NCBI GenBank assembly: GCA_963811165.1
Contig: CAWEQH010000010.1
Span: 352,001 to 416,000, forward strand
Origin: an uncultured Nitrospiraceae bacterium
GTDB lineage: Bacteria; Nitrospirota; Thermodesulfovibrionia; Thermodesulfovibrionales; UBA6898
Reading direction: 5' to 3'
Length of the DNA stretch: 64,000 bases
Position numbers and translations under genes: made by a program. The notes under the pieces are model-generated. The model did no database searches. It had not been told where the DNA came from and saw only the letters and a program-made list of their open reading frames with translations. Below, one piece after another: positions 1-10,320 of this stretch; position 1 is the first letter of the stretch; each line of letters begins with the position of its first letter.

Positions 1-406
1 AGCCTGCCTCAACACAGCCCCATGCGATGCCTCGTATCACTTCGGCAGCCTTTTCCGGCTTCAACTTGCCGGTGGCAAAATAGTCGAGGAAAAAAAGCGG
101 CTCTGCCCCACTCGTGAGGATATCATTCACACACATGGCGACAAGGTCGATGCCTACCGTATCGTGCCGGCCGGTCATGAAGGCTATCTTTAGCTTTGTG
201 CCAACGCCGTCGGTGCCGCTTACGAGAATCGGTTCTTTGTGTTTGAGGGTATCAAGCTTGAAAAAGGCGCCGAAAGAGCCTATGTCAGCCATAACTTCAG
301 GCCTGAAGGTTCTTCTGACGAGAGGCTTAATTAACCGGACGAACCTCTCTCCCTCGTCAATATCAACACCGGCCTTCTTATAGGTAAGTCTTTTATTTCT
401 TTCCAT
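1..406 (-). CDS. purM: Phosphoribosylformylglycinamidine cyclo-ligase (AIR synthetase), 5' part; runs off the window edge
   Basis: Manual translation from ATG 406: [16 protein letters not shown]...[14 protein letters not shown]...[29 protein letters not shown]. Not in the ORF track. Confidence 0.95.
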   Translation of the reverse strand, partial: MERNKRLTYKKAGVDIDEGERFVRLIKPLVRRTFRPEVMADIGSFGAFFKLDTLKHKEPILVSGTDGVGTKLKIAFMTGRHDTVGIDLVAMCVNDILTSGAEPLFFLDYFATGKLKPEKAAEVIRGIAWGCVEAG

Positions 407-568
407 AAATCGTCATTGAGGCAGGACGCGTTTTGAACGAGTATATTTTGCACAAAGTCAGGCCAAAGGGCAAGGCAATTCTTACTATGATATTTATGTT
501 TTTTATTGTGAACCATATACCGGGGACCCTATTTTCGATGAGGCATTTTTTCTGCTAAGATAGGGGTG

Positions 569-1351
569 ATGTCTCTGATACTTGTAACGAATGACGACGG
601 CGTGCATTCTCCGGGGATTGTAGCGCTTTACGGGGCGGTAAAACATTTGGGCGACGCCTACATCGTTGCTCCGGACAGGGAGCGTAGCGCAACGGGACAT
701 TCACTCACCCTTCACCGGCCGCTAAAGGTAACTGAGGTCAGGGACCGGGTATACAGTATTAACGGCACGCCGACTGATTGCGTGACCCTGGGCATTAACA
801 AGGTCCTGCCCGAAAGACCGGCGCTTGTCGTCTCGGGGATTAACAGAGGGGCCAATCTCGGAGATGACGTAACCTACTCAGGGACCGTCTCTGCGGCGGT
901 TGAGGGGACCATGTTCGGAATACCCTCCATCGCGTTTTCTCTTGCGGCGGCAAAACACTACCATTTCGATGCGGCATCAGCCATAGCACATTACATCGCC
1001 CAATTTGTCCTGAAACACTCACTTCCCTATGATACGCTGCTGAATGTGAATATACCGAATGTCGATAAAGAAAATATCAGGGGCATCCGGTTTACCAGAC
1101 AAGGGAAACGCGTTTACGACGGGGCGATACAGGAAATGTTTGACCCCTGGGGAGAGAAACATTACTGGATAGGAGGGGGAAAACCATATTGGGAACGCGG
1201 GGAAGATACGGACATAGAAACAGTAGAGGGAGGCTATATTTCGGTGACACCGATACATCTGGACCTCACAAATTACAACGCCCTCTCCTTTTTTAAAGAA
1301 AAATGGTATGGTGACGATATATGGGGACTGAAATCCGATGAAAAAGTTTGA
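569..1351 (+). CDS. surE: 5'/3'-nucleotidase SurE
   Basis: ILVTNDDG, GTPTDCV, SGINRGANLG and YSGTVSAA motifs. Confidence 0.96.
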   Translation: MSLILVTNDDGVHSPGIVALYGAVKHLGDAYIVAPDRERSATGHSLTLHRPLKVTEVRDRVYSINGTPTDCVTLGINKVLPERPALVVSGINRGANLGDDVTYSGTVSAAVEGTMFGIPSIAFSLAAAKHYHFDAASAIAHYIAQFVLKHSLPYDTLLNVNIPNVDKENIRGIRFTRQGKRVYDGAIQEMFDPWGEKHYWIGGGKPYWERGEDTDIETVEGGYISVTPIHLDLTNYNALSFFKEKWYGDDIWGLKSDEKV

Positions 1352-2717
1352 CGTCATTATTATCGGCGCCGGGCCAGCCGGGATATTCGCGGCGCTCGAA
1401 CTTCTCAAGTCGAATAAAAAACTAGACATTCTCATAATCGAAAAAGGGAAAGATATCGACAAAAGGGCATGCCCTGTAAAGGTCAAAAACATCTCATGTA
1501 CCACTTGTAAGGAGTGCGATCTTCTGAGCGGCTGGGGCGGGGCCGGGGCGTTCAGCGACGGCAAGTTAAGCCTGTCTCCTGAGGTGGGCGGGTTCCTTTC
1601 CCGTTACATGGAAAAGGACGCCGTAAGATCACTGATAGAGTACGTCGATGGACTATATTTGAAGTATGGCGCCCCCGCCGAGATATTCGGTGATAACGCG
1701 GAAGAGATACGGGAATTAGAAAAGCTCGCATCGATGAACAGTCTTGTTCTCATTCCCTCTAAAATTCGGCATATCGGCACCGACAGATGCAGGGTGCTTC
1801 TGAAAAACATCCGCGAAGACATCAGCAACTCTATCGAGACGAGATTTCAGACAGAGGTCCAGGCGGTGATTACCGAAGGTGGCAACTATAGGGGAGTGAA
1901 ACTAAAAGACGGTGCCGAGATCCTTTCCGACTTCCTCGTCCTTGCCCCCGGGCGGGAAGGCTCACGATGGCTCGAGGAAGAGTCCAAGAGGCTCGGGTTT
2001 ACGCTGCTTAAGAACCCGGTTGACATCGGGGTGAGGGTGGAGCTTCCCGCGGCCGTTTTGGAGCCTCTTACGAAGATCACCTACGAGCCGAAACTGCTCT
2101 TTTACTCTAAGAGGTTCGACGACAAGGTAAGGACCTTCTGCGTAAATCCATACGGCGAAGTGGTAAAAGAATACCTTAAGGGCATTTGGACCGTCAACGG
2201 GCACAGCTACGCCGACAGAAGGACAAACAATACGAACTTTGCCGTCCTTGTGAGCACCTACTTCACTGAGCCCTTTGATGAGCCCATCTCCTACGGCAGA
2301 TATATCGCCCAGCTGGCAAACTTTCTGGGGAAGGGAGTAATCGTTCAAAGGCTCGGAGACCTGATGTCTGGCAGACGATCGACGCAAGAACGTATTTCGA
2401 AGGGTATTGTTCAGCCGACCCTGGCCGACGCTACCCCTGGTGACCTGAGTTTCGTCATTCCCTACCGTTATCTTTGCGACATCATGGAGATGCTGGAAGC
2501 GCTGGAGAAAATAGCCCCGGGAGTAAACTCCCGTCATACGCTCCTCTATGGTGTCGAAGTAAAGTTCTACTCCATGCAGTTGAAGCTGACCGACAGGCTC
2601 GAGACCGAGATTGCCAATATATTCGCGGTGGGCGACGGAGCGGGCGTCAGCAGGGGGCTCATACAGGCATCGGCATCGGGGGTCGTGGCAGCCAGAGAGA
2701 TACTCGGCCGTACGTGA
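1338..2717 (+). CDS. FAD-dependent oxidoreductase (COG2509-like) with N-terminal Cys cluster
   Basis: GAGPAG Rossmann motif, GGAGAFSDGKL, VRTFCVNPYG, VNGHS, GDGAGVSRG. Confidence 0.8.
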   Translation: MKKFDVIIIGAGPAGIFAALELLKSNKKLDILIIEKGKDIDKRACPVKVKNISCTTCKECDLLSGWGGAGAFSDGKLSLSPEVGGFLSRYMEKDAVRSLIEYVDGLYLKYGAPAEIFGDNAEEIRELEKLASMNSLVLIPSKIRHIGTDRCRVLLKNIREDISNSIETRFQTEVQAVITEGGNYRGVKLKDGAEILSDFLVLAPGREGSRWLEEESKRLGFTLLKNPVDIGVRVELPAAVLEPLTKITYEPKLLFYSKRFDDKVRTFCVNPYGEVVKEYLKGIWTVNGHSYADRRTNNTNFAVLVSTYFTEPFDEPISYGRYIAQLANFLGKGVIVQRLGDLMSGRRSTQERISKGIVQPTLADATPGDLSFVIPYRYLCDIMEMLEALEKIAPGVNSRHTLLYGVEVKFYSMQLKLTDRLETEIANIFAVGDGAGVSRGLIQASASGVVAAREILGRT

Positions 2718-2740
2718 TATCTCAGGAGGGCCGTAAAGAA

Positions 2741-3391
2741 ATGTTGGACTACCCAAAACTTAGAGAGGCGATGGTTGAGACTCAGCTGGTGCCAAGAGGC
2801 ATCAGGGACAGGACGGTCCTTGATGCCATGCGCGTTGTTCCCAGGCACCACTTCGTGGACGCCACGGTGCAGCATATGGCCTATGATGACATGGCCCTTC
2901 CCATCGGCGAGGGCCAGACAATCTCGCAGCCCTACATGGTCGCCGTAATGACGGAACTGTTGGCATTGACCGGCAGAGAGAGAGTACTTGAGATCGGCAC
3001 GGGTTCCGGGTATCAGGCCGCAATACTGGCCCGACTCGCAAGAGAGGTTTTTACTATCGAGCGTATCGCGCCTCTTGCGGAAAAGGCGACACAGAGGTTC
3101 CGTGACCTTTCCTACGCCAACATCCATGTAAAGATAGGGGACGGAACCCTGGGGTGGCCGGAGGAAGCGCCTTTCGACAGGATAATCATTACGGCTGCCT
3201 CACCAAAAATACCTGATCCTCTGAAAGAGCAGGTTTCCGAAAACGGTATAATCATTATCCCTGTGGGAAGCAGATACTCCCAGCAGCTTCTGAGGATAAC
3301 GAATACTAAATCAGGATTTGAGGAAGAGTATCACACTCCCTGCGTATTTGTGCCCCTTATCGGAGAACACGGATGGAAAGAAGGAGAATAG
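2741..3391 (+). CDS. pcm: Protein-L-isoaspartate O-methyltransferase
   Basis: GQTISQPYMVA, VLEIGTGSGYQAA, APFDRIIITAA; AGGAGG upstream of ATG 2741. Confidence 0.96.
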   Translation: MLDYPKLREAMVETQLVPRGIRDRTVLDAMRVVPRHHFVDATVQHMAYDDMALPIGEGQTISQPYMVAVMTELLALTGRERVLEIGTGSGYQAAILARLAREVFTIERIAPLAEKATQRFRDLSYANIHVKIGDGTLGWPEEAPFDRIIITAASPKIPDPLKEQVSENGIIIIPVGSRYSQQLLRITNTKSGFEEEYHTPCVFVPLIGEHGWKEGE

Positions 3392-3402
3392 TTCCGGCCG
3401 GG

Positions 3403-5328
3403 TCAGAGAGACCATCTTTTTAGCCCCCGCTTGATCGTCCGCAGAAGGAGGTTGTATCTCTTTCGCTCTTTCGGGCCCATCTGTCTGCCGCCGAACCTGT
3501 GCTCCTCATAAAGCCTGGTAAATTCTCTCACTTCTCCTTCACACTGAAGTCCTCCCGCTTCATCTACTATCTCCTCCGGCGTTGCCGAAGATGGAAAAAC
3601 GCGGCCTTGCCTTGCCATCGCTTTTTTGAGATCCGCATATTTCCTGCTCACAAGGTCTTGTCGTTTGCGGCTCATCACCTTACGGGCTAAATAGATAAGG
3701 GGGAAGAAAAGCAGCAGAGAAGAAATCAGAAACCAGAAGAGCCGCATTTTTCCAGCCTTGATGAGATAGAGGGCGGGAAACCAAATCAGGACAGCCACAA
3801 ATGTCAGAATTGCCCTTTGGTCCTCGGCCCTGAAGCCTACGACATACCTTGCCCAGCTCATTTTAATCAAATCCAAAAAAAGGGTGATTGTCGGCAGATG
3901 CTGCGGGGGGACAAACGGCGTCGGGTCAAATCTCGTCCATTTGTCGTCAATCAACGCCTCGACCCATGAATGGGCGTCGCTCTGCCTCACTAAAATGTAT
4001 CCCCCGTATTTGTTTGTTTCACCCCCGTAGAAGCCATTGACTATCCTGGAGGGGATACCCACTCCCCGCAACATCAGCACCATGGACGAAGCGTAATATT
4101 CGCAGAACCCTTTCTTCGAATAAAACAGAAAATCCTCGATGGGGCTAACCCCTTCTTTGGGATGAGAAACAGCCAACGAGTAAGCATAATTCTTCTTCAG
4201 GTAGCGCTCGATCAAGACCGCCCTCTCCCGGTCCGTCCTGCTCGCCGAGGTAATATTGCGTGCAAGGCGCTGTACCCTTTCCAGTCCGGGGGGCAACTGA
4301 AGATACCTGGAATCCCTGACACCCGGGACCGCGCCGCTTACAATGCTATAGACGGTATAAGAAGCCCTCCTCCCCGCCTTCCGGGGCAAAAATACAGCTT
4401 CCTCACGGTCGGTCCTGACAAAAAAAGAATCGACCTTTATCCCCTTTATTTCCGAAAGTCCAAAGATGATGTCCGAATCGATCGGCTCGAGGTATATCCG
4501 CTGTTCGACCGCCGCATCTTTGTCGTAACGGCCCAGAACATACTCATCTCCGACTTTCAGGACCCTGTTCCTGTCGGGCATAGTATTTCGCCACAACGCG
4601 CCATCAAAATAATCCAGTGACATGCCGCGCCAGTAATAAGGGGGGAGAAGGTCTCCCGCCAACTCAATCCTCATCACAACCGACGGATCAAGCTTTATTT
4701 CACCCATAGAACCGAAATCTACCCGGTCAGCAAAGCCCGACGTTCTCATCCCTTTGCCGTGACTACTTCCGAAAAAAGTAAGGGCTGCCCTCGGCAGGGC
4801 CAGAAAAAGGCTCACCGTCAATAAAAGTGATATCGCAGAAATGAGGGCCACAGGTCTTAACAACCTGACCCTCCCTAGTTGTCCTTCTTTGACAAAATGG
4901 GAATAAACCATCGCCGCGACAAGCGCAACCAGGAACGCGATAAAGAAAATTGCGAAGAGGATCGACTGTGAAAGTTCCGATGCAATCACCATCTGAAGGA
5001 GCGACATAAAGTAAACCTGCAGGTGGTCCCAGGGTTCTTTAAGGTCGTAACTTTTTATCGCCTGAAATGTTATCGTGAGATGCCCAACCGCGAGAAAAAC
5101 GTCACCGAAAATAAACGAATCGAACAGGAAAACAGCAAGCGTCAGTACAGAGCACGCCCCGATAACCCATCCCGGCGCTGCCCCTTTTCCCTTCAAAAAA
5201 CGGTAATAACCCGGGATTATCGCTATGCCTCCTGCGGCCATGAACGGATTTAACTCGCCGGTAATGACGAGGCCAAGACAGCCGGTGAGACCGAGAAAAG
5301 CGGTAAGAAATTTATACGTCCTCGGCAT
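3403..5328 (-). CDS. Membrane transglutaminase-like protein (TgpA/DUF3488 family)
   Basis: Multiple N-terminal TM segments; GFCEYYASSM, HSWVE and WTRFDPTP catalytic-triad motifs. Confidence 0.88.
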   Translation of the reverse strand: MPRTYKFLTAFLGLTGCLGLVITGELNPFMAAGGIAIIPGYYRFLKGKGAAPGWVIGACSVLTLAVFLFDSFIFGDVFLAVGHLTITFQAIKSYDLKEPWDHLQVYFMSLLQMVIASELSQSILFAIFFIAFLVALVAAMVYSHFVKEGQLGRVRLLRPVALISAISLLLTVSLFLALPRAALTFFGSSHGKGMRTSGFADRVDFGSMGEIKLDPSVVMRIELAGDLLPPYYWRGMSLDYFDGALWRNTMPDRNRVLKVGDEYVLGRYDKDAAVEQRIYLEPIDSDIIFGLSEIKGIKVDSFFVRTDREEAVFLPRKAGRRASYTVYSIVSGAVPGVRDSRYLQLPPGLERVQRLARNITSASRTDRERAVLIERYLKKNYAYSLAVSHPKEGVSPIEDFLFYSKKGFCEYYASSMVLMLRGVGIPSRIVNGFYGGETNKYGGYILVRQSDAHSWVEALIDDKWTRFDPTPFVPPQHLPTITLFLDLIKMSWARYVVGFRAEDQRAILTFVAVLIWFPALYLIKAGKMRLFWFLISSLLLFFPLIYLARKVMSRKRQDLVSRKYADLKKAMARQGRVFPSSATPEEIVDEAGGLQCEGEVREFTRLYEEHRFGGRQMGPKERKRYNLLLRTIKRGLKRWSL

Positions 5329-6313
5329 AAAATACCATACCACCCACCCCTTGATACGCGCTGCACGAAGTCTCCCGGGACTTACATACAGTCACGATGA
5401 ATCCATTAGCGTCGCTGATCGGACTGTCCCACCCATCCTCCTCACCGACCACAGCGAGAAAATCCAGGATTTTGAAGAAATGCTCCTCGCCGCTCCCAAA
5501 GGGCACTGCCTCCCGGCACGAAACTACCCTGACCAGGCAATCTCGCGCGAGAAAATCTCGCGCAAGGGAGGCCGCCAGAGACACCGCCATCTCGAATAAT
5601 TCTCCGCCCTCCGGAAGGCGGTTGTCGAGGACTATCGTCACTCTCACGCCTTGGTACTCTGCATATTCCCTGACAAAATAAATTCCTCTTTTCGCAGACG
5701 CCTTCCAGTGGATTCTTCTCCAGTCGTCGCCTTCTCTGAATTCACGAAGGGAATAAATGTCGTCCCCGACGCCCGAAAGACTCAAGACCTCCGTCATCTC
5801 CCCACCTGCAATTTGCTCGGGAGTAACCGTGACATCACTAAGGGCGGGATACACAAGGACCGAAGCATTAACCTTTATCTTCCTCTCCCCGCTCATAAGA
5901 ATAAAGGGGAAGCCGCTCTCAACGCGAAAGTCCCCGTATTGGTAAAGGCCCCTCTTTCGGAATGTAATTCTCACATCGTTTTCAACTGCCCGTAATGGGG
6001 GTATCACCTGGCAGTAAGCCGGAACCGGGGAACCGGACACGCTGCATTTCACAGAGTAGGAAGATACCAGACGTTTTTCGTTTCTCAGAAGGAGCGTCAT
6101 GGAGGTTTCTTCACCCGCAAATACGGTCGGACTGCCGATAATTTCAAGAGAAAGACCGGAGAGGTTCACCTTTGCCAATACCATCGAAAGAATAAGGAAG
6201 GAGAACATAAGCGAGAGAATAAGATAAATAAGATTGTTCCCGGTATTGAGTGCAGCCACTGCAATCAGGAAGGAAGCTACCGCAAACCGCTTTCCTTCCC
6301 TTGTTGCTTTCAT
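5312..6313 (-). CDS. DUF58 domain protein
   Basis: NTGNNLIYL and LREFREGDDWRRIHWKASAK; lies between moxR and the transglutaminase gene. Confidence 0.88.
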   Translation of the reverse strand: MKATREGKRFAVASFLIAVAALNTGNNLIYLILSLMFSFLILSMVLAKVNLSGLSLEIIGSPTVFAGEETSMTLLLRNEKRLVSSYSVKCSVSGSPVPAYCQVIPPLRAVENDVRITFRKRGLYQYGDFRVESGFPFILMSGERKIKVNASVLVYPALSDVTVTPEQIAGGEMTEVLSLSGVGDDIYSLREFREGDDWRRIHWKASAKRGIYFVREYAEYQGVRVTIVLDNRLPEGGELFEMAVSLAASLARDFLARDCLVRVVSCREAVPFGSGEEHFFKILDFLAVVGEEDGWDSPISDANGFIVTVCKSRETSCSAYQGVGGMVFYAEDV

Positions 6314-6318
6314 ATGCG

Positions 6319-7254
6319 TCACACAGGTACCGCCACCTTTTCGACGATCTCCCGCACAAGCCGCTCCGCATCAGAAAAATATTTCTTATTCTTCAGAATA
6401 AGCCTGTGTCCGAGAAGAAGCGGCGCGAGTTTCTTAACATCGCCCGGTACCGCATACTCTCTTCCCTCATAATAGGCGTGAGCCCTCACTGCACCAAGAA
6501 AAAACTGGGCTCCTCTGGTACTTGCGCCGAGTCTGACCCTGTCATCTTTGCGGGTGCAGGCGACGATCTCCATCAAATAGTCTACCAGACTGTCTTCCAC
6601 AGTCACTTTGTCCGCTTCTTGCTGCATCCTAAGGATCTCATGTCTCGATATCACGGGCACTACTTTTTCGAGCAGGCGGAAGCTGGGTTTTTCAAGCACT
6701 GCGAGCCTTTCGTATTCCGGAGCGGGATACCCAAGTGTGATACGCATCATGAAACGGTCAAGCTGACTCTCCGGCAGAGGGAATGTGCCGTGATACTCCA
6801 CCGGGTTCTGTGTGGCGATGACCATGAATGGTTCGGGGAGCCTGAAGGTCTTTTTCTCAACCGTTACCTTTTTCTCATTCATTGCCTCAAGCAAAGCAGA
6901 CTGGGTCTTCGGGTTTGTTCTATTGATCTCATCTGCAAGTATTATGTTGCAAAAAAGAGGGCCGGTTTTGAATTCAAACTCCTTTGTATCCTGGCTATAA
7001 ATGCTGACGCCTATAATGTCTGACGGCATCATATCACTGGTAAACTGTATCCTCTGAAACGTACAATCCGTGGCCTTTGCCAGGGCAAAGGCCAGGGTCG
7101 TCTTCCCGACCCCTGGAACATCCTCGATGAGCAAGTTGCCCCTCCCCAAAAGACATACGATAGCCATTTTAACCGCCGTATCTTTGCCTTTGAGCACCGC
7201 GCTAATCTGGCCGCTCAGTTGCTTTAAAGCAGGATTTGTCATATGATTATTCAT
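6319..7254 (-). CDS. moxR: MoxR family AAA+ ATPase
   Basis: EDVPGVGKT, RIQFTSD, LADEINR, ATQNPVE, LPESQLDRF. Confidence 0.93.
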   Translation of the reverse strand: MNNHMTNPALKQLSGQISAVLKGKDTAVKMAIVCLLGRGNLLIEDVPGVGKTTLAFALAKATDCTFQRIQFTSDMMPSDIIGVSIYSQDTKEFEFKTGPLFCNIILADEINRTNPKTQSALLEAMNEKKVTVEKKTFRLPEPFMVIATQNPVEYHGTFPLPESQLDRFMMRITLGYPAPEYERLAVLEKPSFRLLEKVVPVISRHEILRMQQEADKVTVEDSLVDYLMEIVACTRKDDRVRLGASTRGAQFFLGAVRAHAYYEGREYAVPGDVKKLAPLLLGHRLILKNKKYFSDAERLVREIVEKVAVPV

Positions 7255-7286
7255 ACTACTTTATATTATACATAGGAGCGGTTACC

Positions 7287-7814
7287 GTGTGTTCTGTTAA
7301 GGGCGATTTGTCCATGATGTGCCTTACGGATCTCCTTCAGTGGGGAGAACTCTATGGCAAAGCCGGCACGATCATCGTAAAAGGAAACGGGGTTGAGAAA
7401 AAGATATATCTGGAGGGAGGCAAGATCGTTTTCGTTTCTTCATCCAAGGACGGAGAACGACTCGGTGAGTACCTTCATAGGGGATCTCATATAGACCTCG
7501 ATAAAATCAAGACTGCCCTGCTCCAGGCCCAGAGCATGAAAATTCCGTTCACTCAGAGGCTGCTTAAGATGAACTATTTCACCCCCGCAGGGCTCCGAAG
7601 CGTAATCGAAAAGCACGCAATGGAGATATTACTCGATGCCGCCAGGTGGACTGCCGGCACCTTCGATTTTATTCAGGGAGAACTCCCTTCCGACGTCCTT
7701 ACGGGACCTGTCAAACTCAACGCCTCCGAACTTATCCACGATATGCTTAAGCTGCTTGAAAATTCACGGGCGGGGTTGAGGAAAAATATTTCATACTTCT
7801 ATATAATAAAATAA
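7287..7814 (+). CDS. DUF4388-like domain protein
   Basis: GDL..LTDLLQW...G.I...KKIYLEGGKIVF..ERLGEYL...W..GTFDF pattern; AGGAG then GTG at 7287. Confidence 0.7.
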   Translation: MCSVKGDLSMMCLTDLLQWGELYGKAGTIIVKGNGVEKKIYLEGGKIVFVSSSKDGERLGEYLHRGSHIDLDKIKTALLQAQSMKIPFTQRLLKMNYFTPAGLRSVIEKHAMEILLDAARWTAGTFDFIQGELPSDVLTGPVKLNASELIHDMLKLLENSRAGLRKNISYFYIIK

Positions 7815-7891
7815 TTTTTTGGTGGGAGAACATCATTCTTACCCCCGAAAAAGGTTGTCTTGCGGAGTGTGATTAAGGAGGTTTTATTTCT

Positions 7892-9265
7892 GTGAAAAAG
7901 CCCTGGTCCGGAAGGTTTACCAATAAGACATCGGCCATAGTCGAATCCTTTTCGGAATCTGTTTCCTTTGATAAGAGACTTTGGCGACACGACATCGAAG
8001 GCAGCATCGTCCACGCCATGATGCTCGGCAGACAGGGTATCATTACGTCAAAAGAAGCCGAAATAATCGCAAAGGGACTTCGGGAGATCGCATCTGACAT
8101 TGAACAGGGGAGATTCAGATTCAGCGAGGGGCTTGAGGACATTCACATGAATATCGAAGCGGCCCTTATAAAGAAGACAGGCGCCGTGGGGAAAAAATTG
8201 CACACCGCCAGGTCCAGAAACGATCAGATCGCACTCGACATGCGTCTTTATCTGAGGGAAGAGACGAAAGAGATACTCGCGTTGATAAAGAAGTTCCAAA
8301 AGACGCTCCTTGAGATAGCCCGACGGCACCTGAATACTGTCATGCCCGGTTTTACCCATACGCAGCGTGCACAGCCTGTTTTGTTGTCCCACCACCTGCT
8401 GGCCTACGTAGAGATGCTGCAAAGGGACAGAGGGCGATTTGAAGATTGTACAAAACGGATAAACAGCCTGCCGCTGGGTTCATGTGCACTTGCGGGAACT
8501 ACGCTTCCGATCGACAGGGGATATGTTGCAAAGGCCCTCGGGTTCGACACCGTCTCCGGCAACAGCATCGATGCAGTTTCGGACAGGGATTTTGCCCTGG
8601 AATTTCTTGCGTGCGCCTCCATTACCGCCACTCATCTGTCTCGTCTTGCCGAGGAACTCATACTCTGGTCTACAGAGGAATTCGGGATGATCGAGATATC
8701 CGATGCGTTTACGACGGGTTCGAGCATAATGCCCCAGAAAAAAAATCCTGACGTCGCTGAACTGGTCAGAGGCAAGACGGGCAGAGTATTCGGCGATCTG
8801 GTCTCGCTCCTTACGCTCATGAAGGGCCTTCCGCTTTCCTATAACCGTGATATGCAGGAAGACAAGCCGCCGGTCTTCGATGCGGTCGACACGCTGAAGT
8901 CTTGTTTGTCTGTGAGCGACGCGATGCTGCCGGAGATTACGTTTGTGACCGAAAGGATGCGCGCGACCGCCGGCAAGGGGTATTCGACCGCGACCGACCT
9001 TGCAGAATATCTCGTAAAAAAGGGGGTCCCTTTTAGGGAAGCCCACGAAATTACCGGCAAGATCGTGCTTTACTGCATCGGCAATAAGAAGGAACTGCAG
9101 TCCCTTACCCTTAAGGAATTAAGGTCATTTTCGCGCGTTTTCTCCGAAGACGTCTTTAAGGCCCTTGACCCCTTCGAGTCGGTGAAGGCAAGGTCTTCAT
9201 ACGGAGGGACCGCCCCTTCCGAGGTTATGAGACAGATAAGCTACTTCCGGAAAATTCTCAGATAA
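7892..9265 (+). CDS. argH: Argininosuccinate lyase
   Basis: WSGRF, EDIHMNIE, HTARSRNDQ, GSSIMPQKKNPD. Confidence 0.97.
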   Translation: MKKPWSGRFTNKTSAIVESFSESVSFDKRLWRHDIEGSIVHAMMLGRQGIITSKEAEIIAKGLREIASDIEQGRFRFSEGLEDIHMNIEAALIKKTGAVGKKLHTARSRNDQIALDMRLYLREETKEILALIKKFQKTLLEIARRHLNTVMPGFTHTQRAQPVLLSHHLLAYVEMLQRDRGRFEDCTKRINSLPLGSCALAGTTLPIDRGYVAKALGFDTVSGNSIDAVSDRDFALEFLACASITATHLSRLAEELILWSTEEFGMIEISDAFTTGSSIMPQKKNPDVAELVRGKTGRVFGDLVSLLTLMKGLPLSYNRDMQEDKPPVFDAVDTLKSCLSVSDAMLPEITFVTERMRATAGKGYSTATDLAEYLVKKGVPFREAHEITGKIVLYCIGNKKELQSLTLKELRSFSRVFSEDVFKALDPFESVKARSSYGGTAPSEVMRQISYFRKILR

Positions 9266-9266
9266 G

Positions 9267-10241
9267 ATGGACCTAACGAAGAGATATCCCGGCTCCGACA
9301 GAGGTCATTTGCGGTTCTTCTTCCCGATTTTGCTCACCCTTACCTTCCTTTTTGTTCCGGCGTGCGGCAAAAAAGGCGCACCGACCCTTGCTTCCTATGA
9401 GAAGCCTGCGGCCCCATCACTCCTCAGTGTATCGCAGAGGGAAGAGGGGATGGTTCTCTCATGGAGCTATCCGACTGACAGGGAAAGAGCAATCTCGGAC
9501 TTTATCGTATTGAGGTCGTCCGCTTCCGGTTTTGAGAAAATTGCCCTGCTGGAGAGCAAGTTCCGGACCTTTACGGATACCGACGTGAGAAAAGGCATGT
9601 CCTACACGTATAAGGTCGTGGCCCGCAACCAAAGGGGTGTGTTGAGCTCAGATTCAAATCTCGTCTCTGAGATCGTCGTGACGCTCCCGGGGCCGCCTGA
9701 GAATATCTCATGGAATGTCAGCGGCGGTTCGCTCTTGCTTTCGTGGGGAGTGACGGGGAAAGGCATTATGTATAACGTATATAAGTCCCTTGAAAAGGGG
9801 GTATACTCCCTGACGCCGGTAAATAAATCTCCCCTGTCGGAGAATTTTTTCAGGGACGAGTTCTCTCCCGTCCGGACGGTATATTACACTCTTCGGAGCC
9901 TGACCAAAAATGAAGTCGTGGCAGAGGGACCGCCATCACAAGAAATAGTCGTAAACCCTCGGGATCTCGTACCTCTGGCCCCTCAAGAAGTCCGTTATTT
10001 TGCAGCGCCCGACAGAATCTATCTTTACTGGAAAGAACCGGATGCCTCATGGATTACGGGCTTTAGGATATACAGAAAATTCGAAGCCGGAGAATTTGCG
10101 TTGGTCGCCGAGACCCAGATACCCTCTTTTTTGGACAAGGATGCTCCGTCGAAAAAAAGGGATTACCGTATTGCTGCCGTGGGCCCGGCAAAGGAGGGAC
10201 CTGCCGCTGAAATCAATGGGGTCCTGTTTGTGCCGCAATGA
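9267..10241 (+). CDS. Lipoprotein with about three fibronectin type III-like domains
   Basis: Hydrophobic signal ending VPA-C; mature N-terminus CGKKGAP; repeated LSW...Y.V.R and YTYKVVA FN3 patterns. Confidence 0.7.
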   Translation: MDLTKRYPGSDRGHLRFFFPILLTLTFLFVPACGKKGAPTLASYEKPAAPSLLSVSQREEGMVLSWSYPTDRERAISDFIVLRSSASGFEKIALLESKFRTFTDTDVRKGMSYTYKVVARNQRGVLSSDSNLVSEIVVTLPGPPENISWNVSGGSLLLSWGVTGKGIMYNVYKSLEKGVYSLTPVNKSPLSENFFRDEFSPVRTVYYTLRSLTKNEVVAEGPPSQEIVVNPRDLVPLAPQEVRYFAAPDRIYLYWKEPDASWITGFRIYRKFEAGEFALVAETQIPSFLDKDAPSKKRDYRIAAVGPAKEGPAAEINGVLFVPQ

Positions 10242-10320
10242 AGCGTAAGACTCCGCATCGCAAGAAGAAGAAATAAAAAAAATGCTTGCTTTAATATACA
10301 CGTAAGAAATATTTTAATGT

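Noticed and set aside
1962..2756. Long antisense or alternate-frame ORFs (also 6250-7023, 41816-42490, 57014-57655 and others)
   Set aside because: They shadow well-supported genes and show no recognisable motifs.
3403..7254. moxR-DUF58-transglutaminase as a novel system
   Set aside because: This is a widely known conserved triad.
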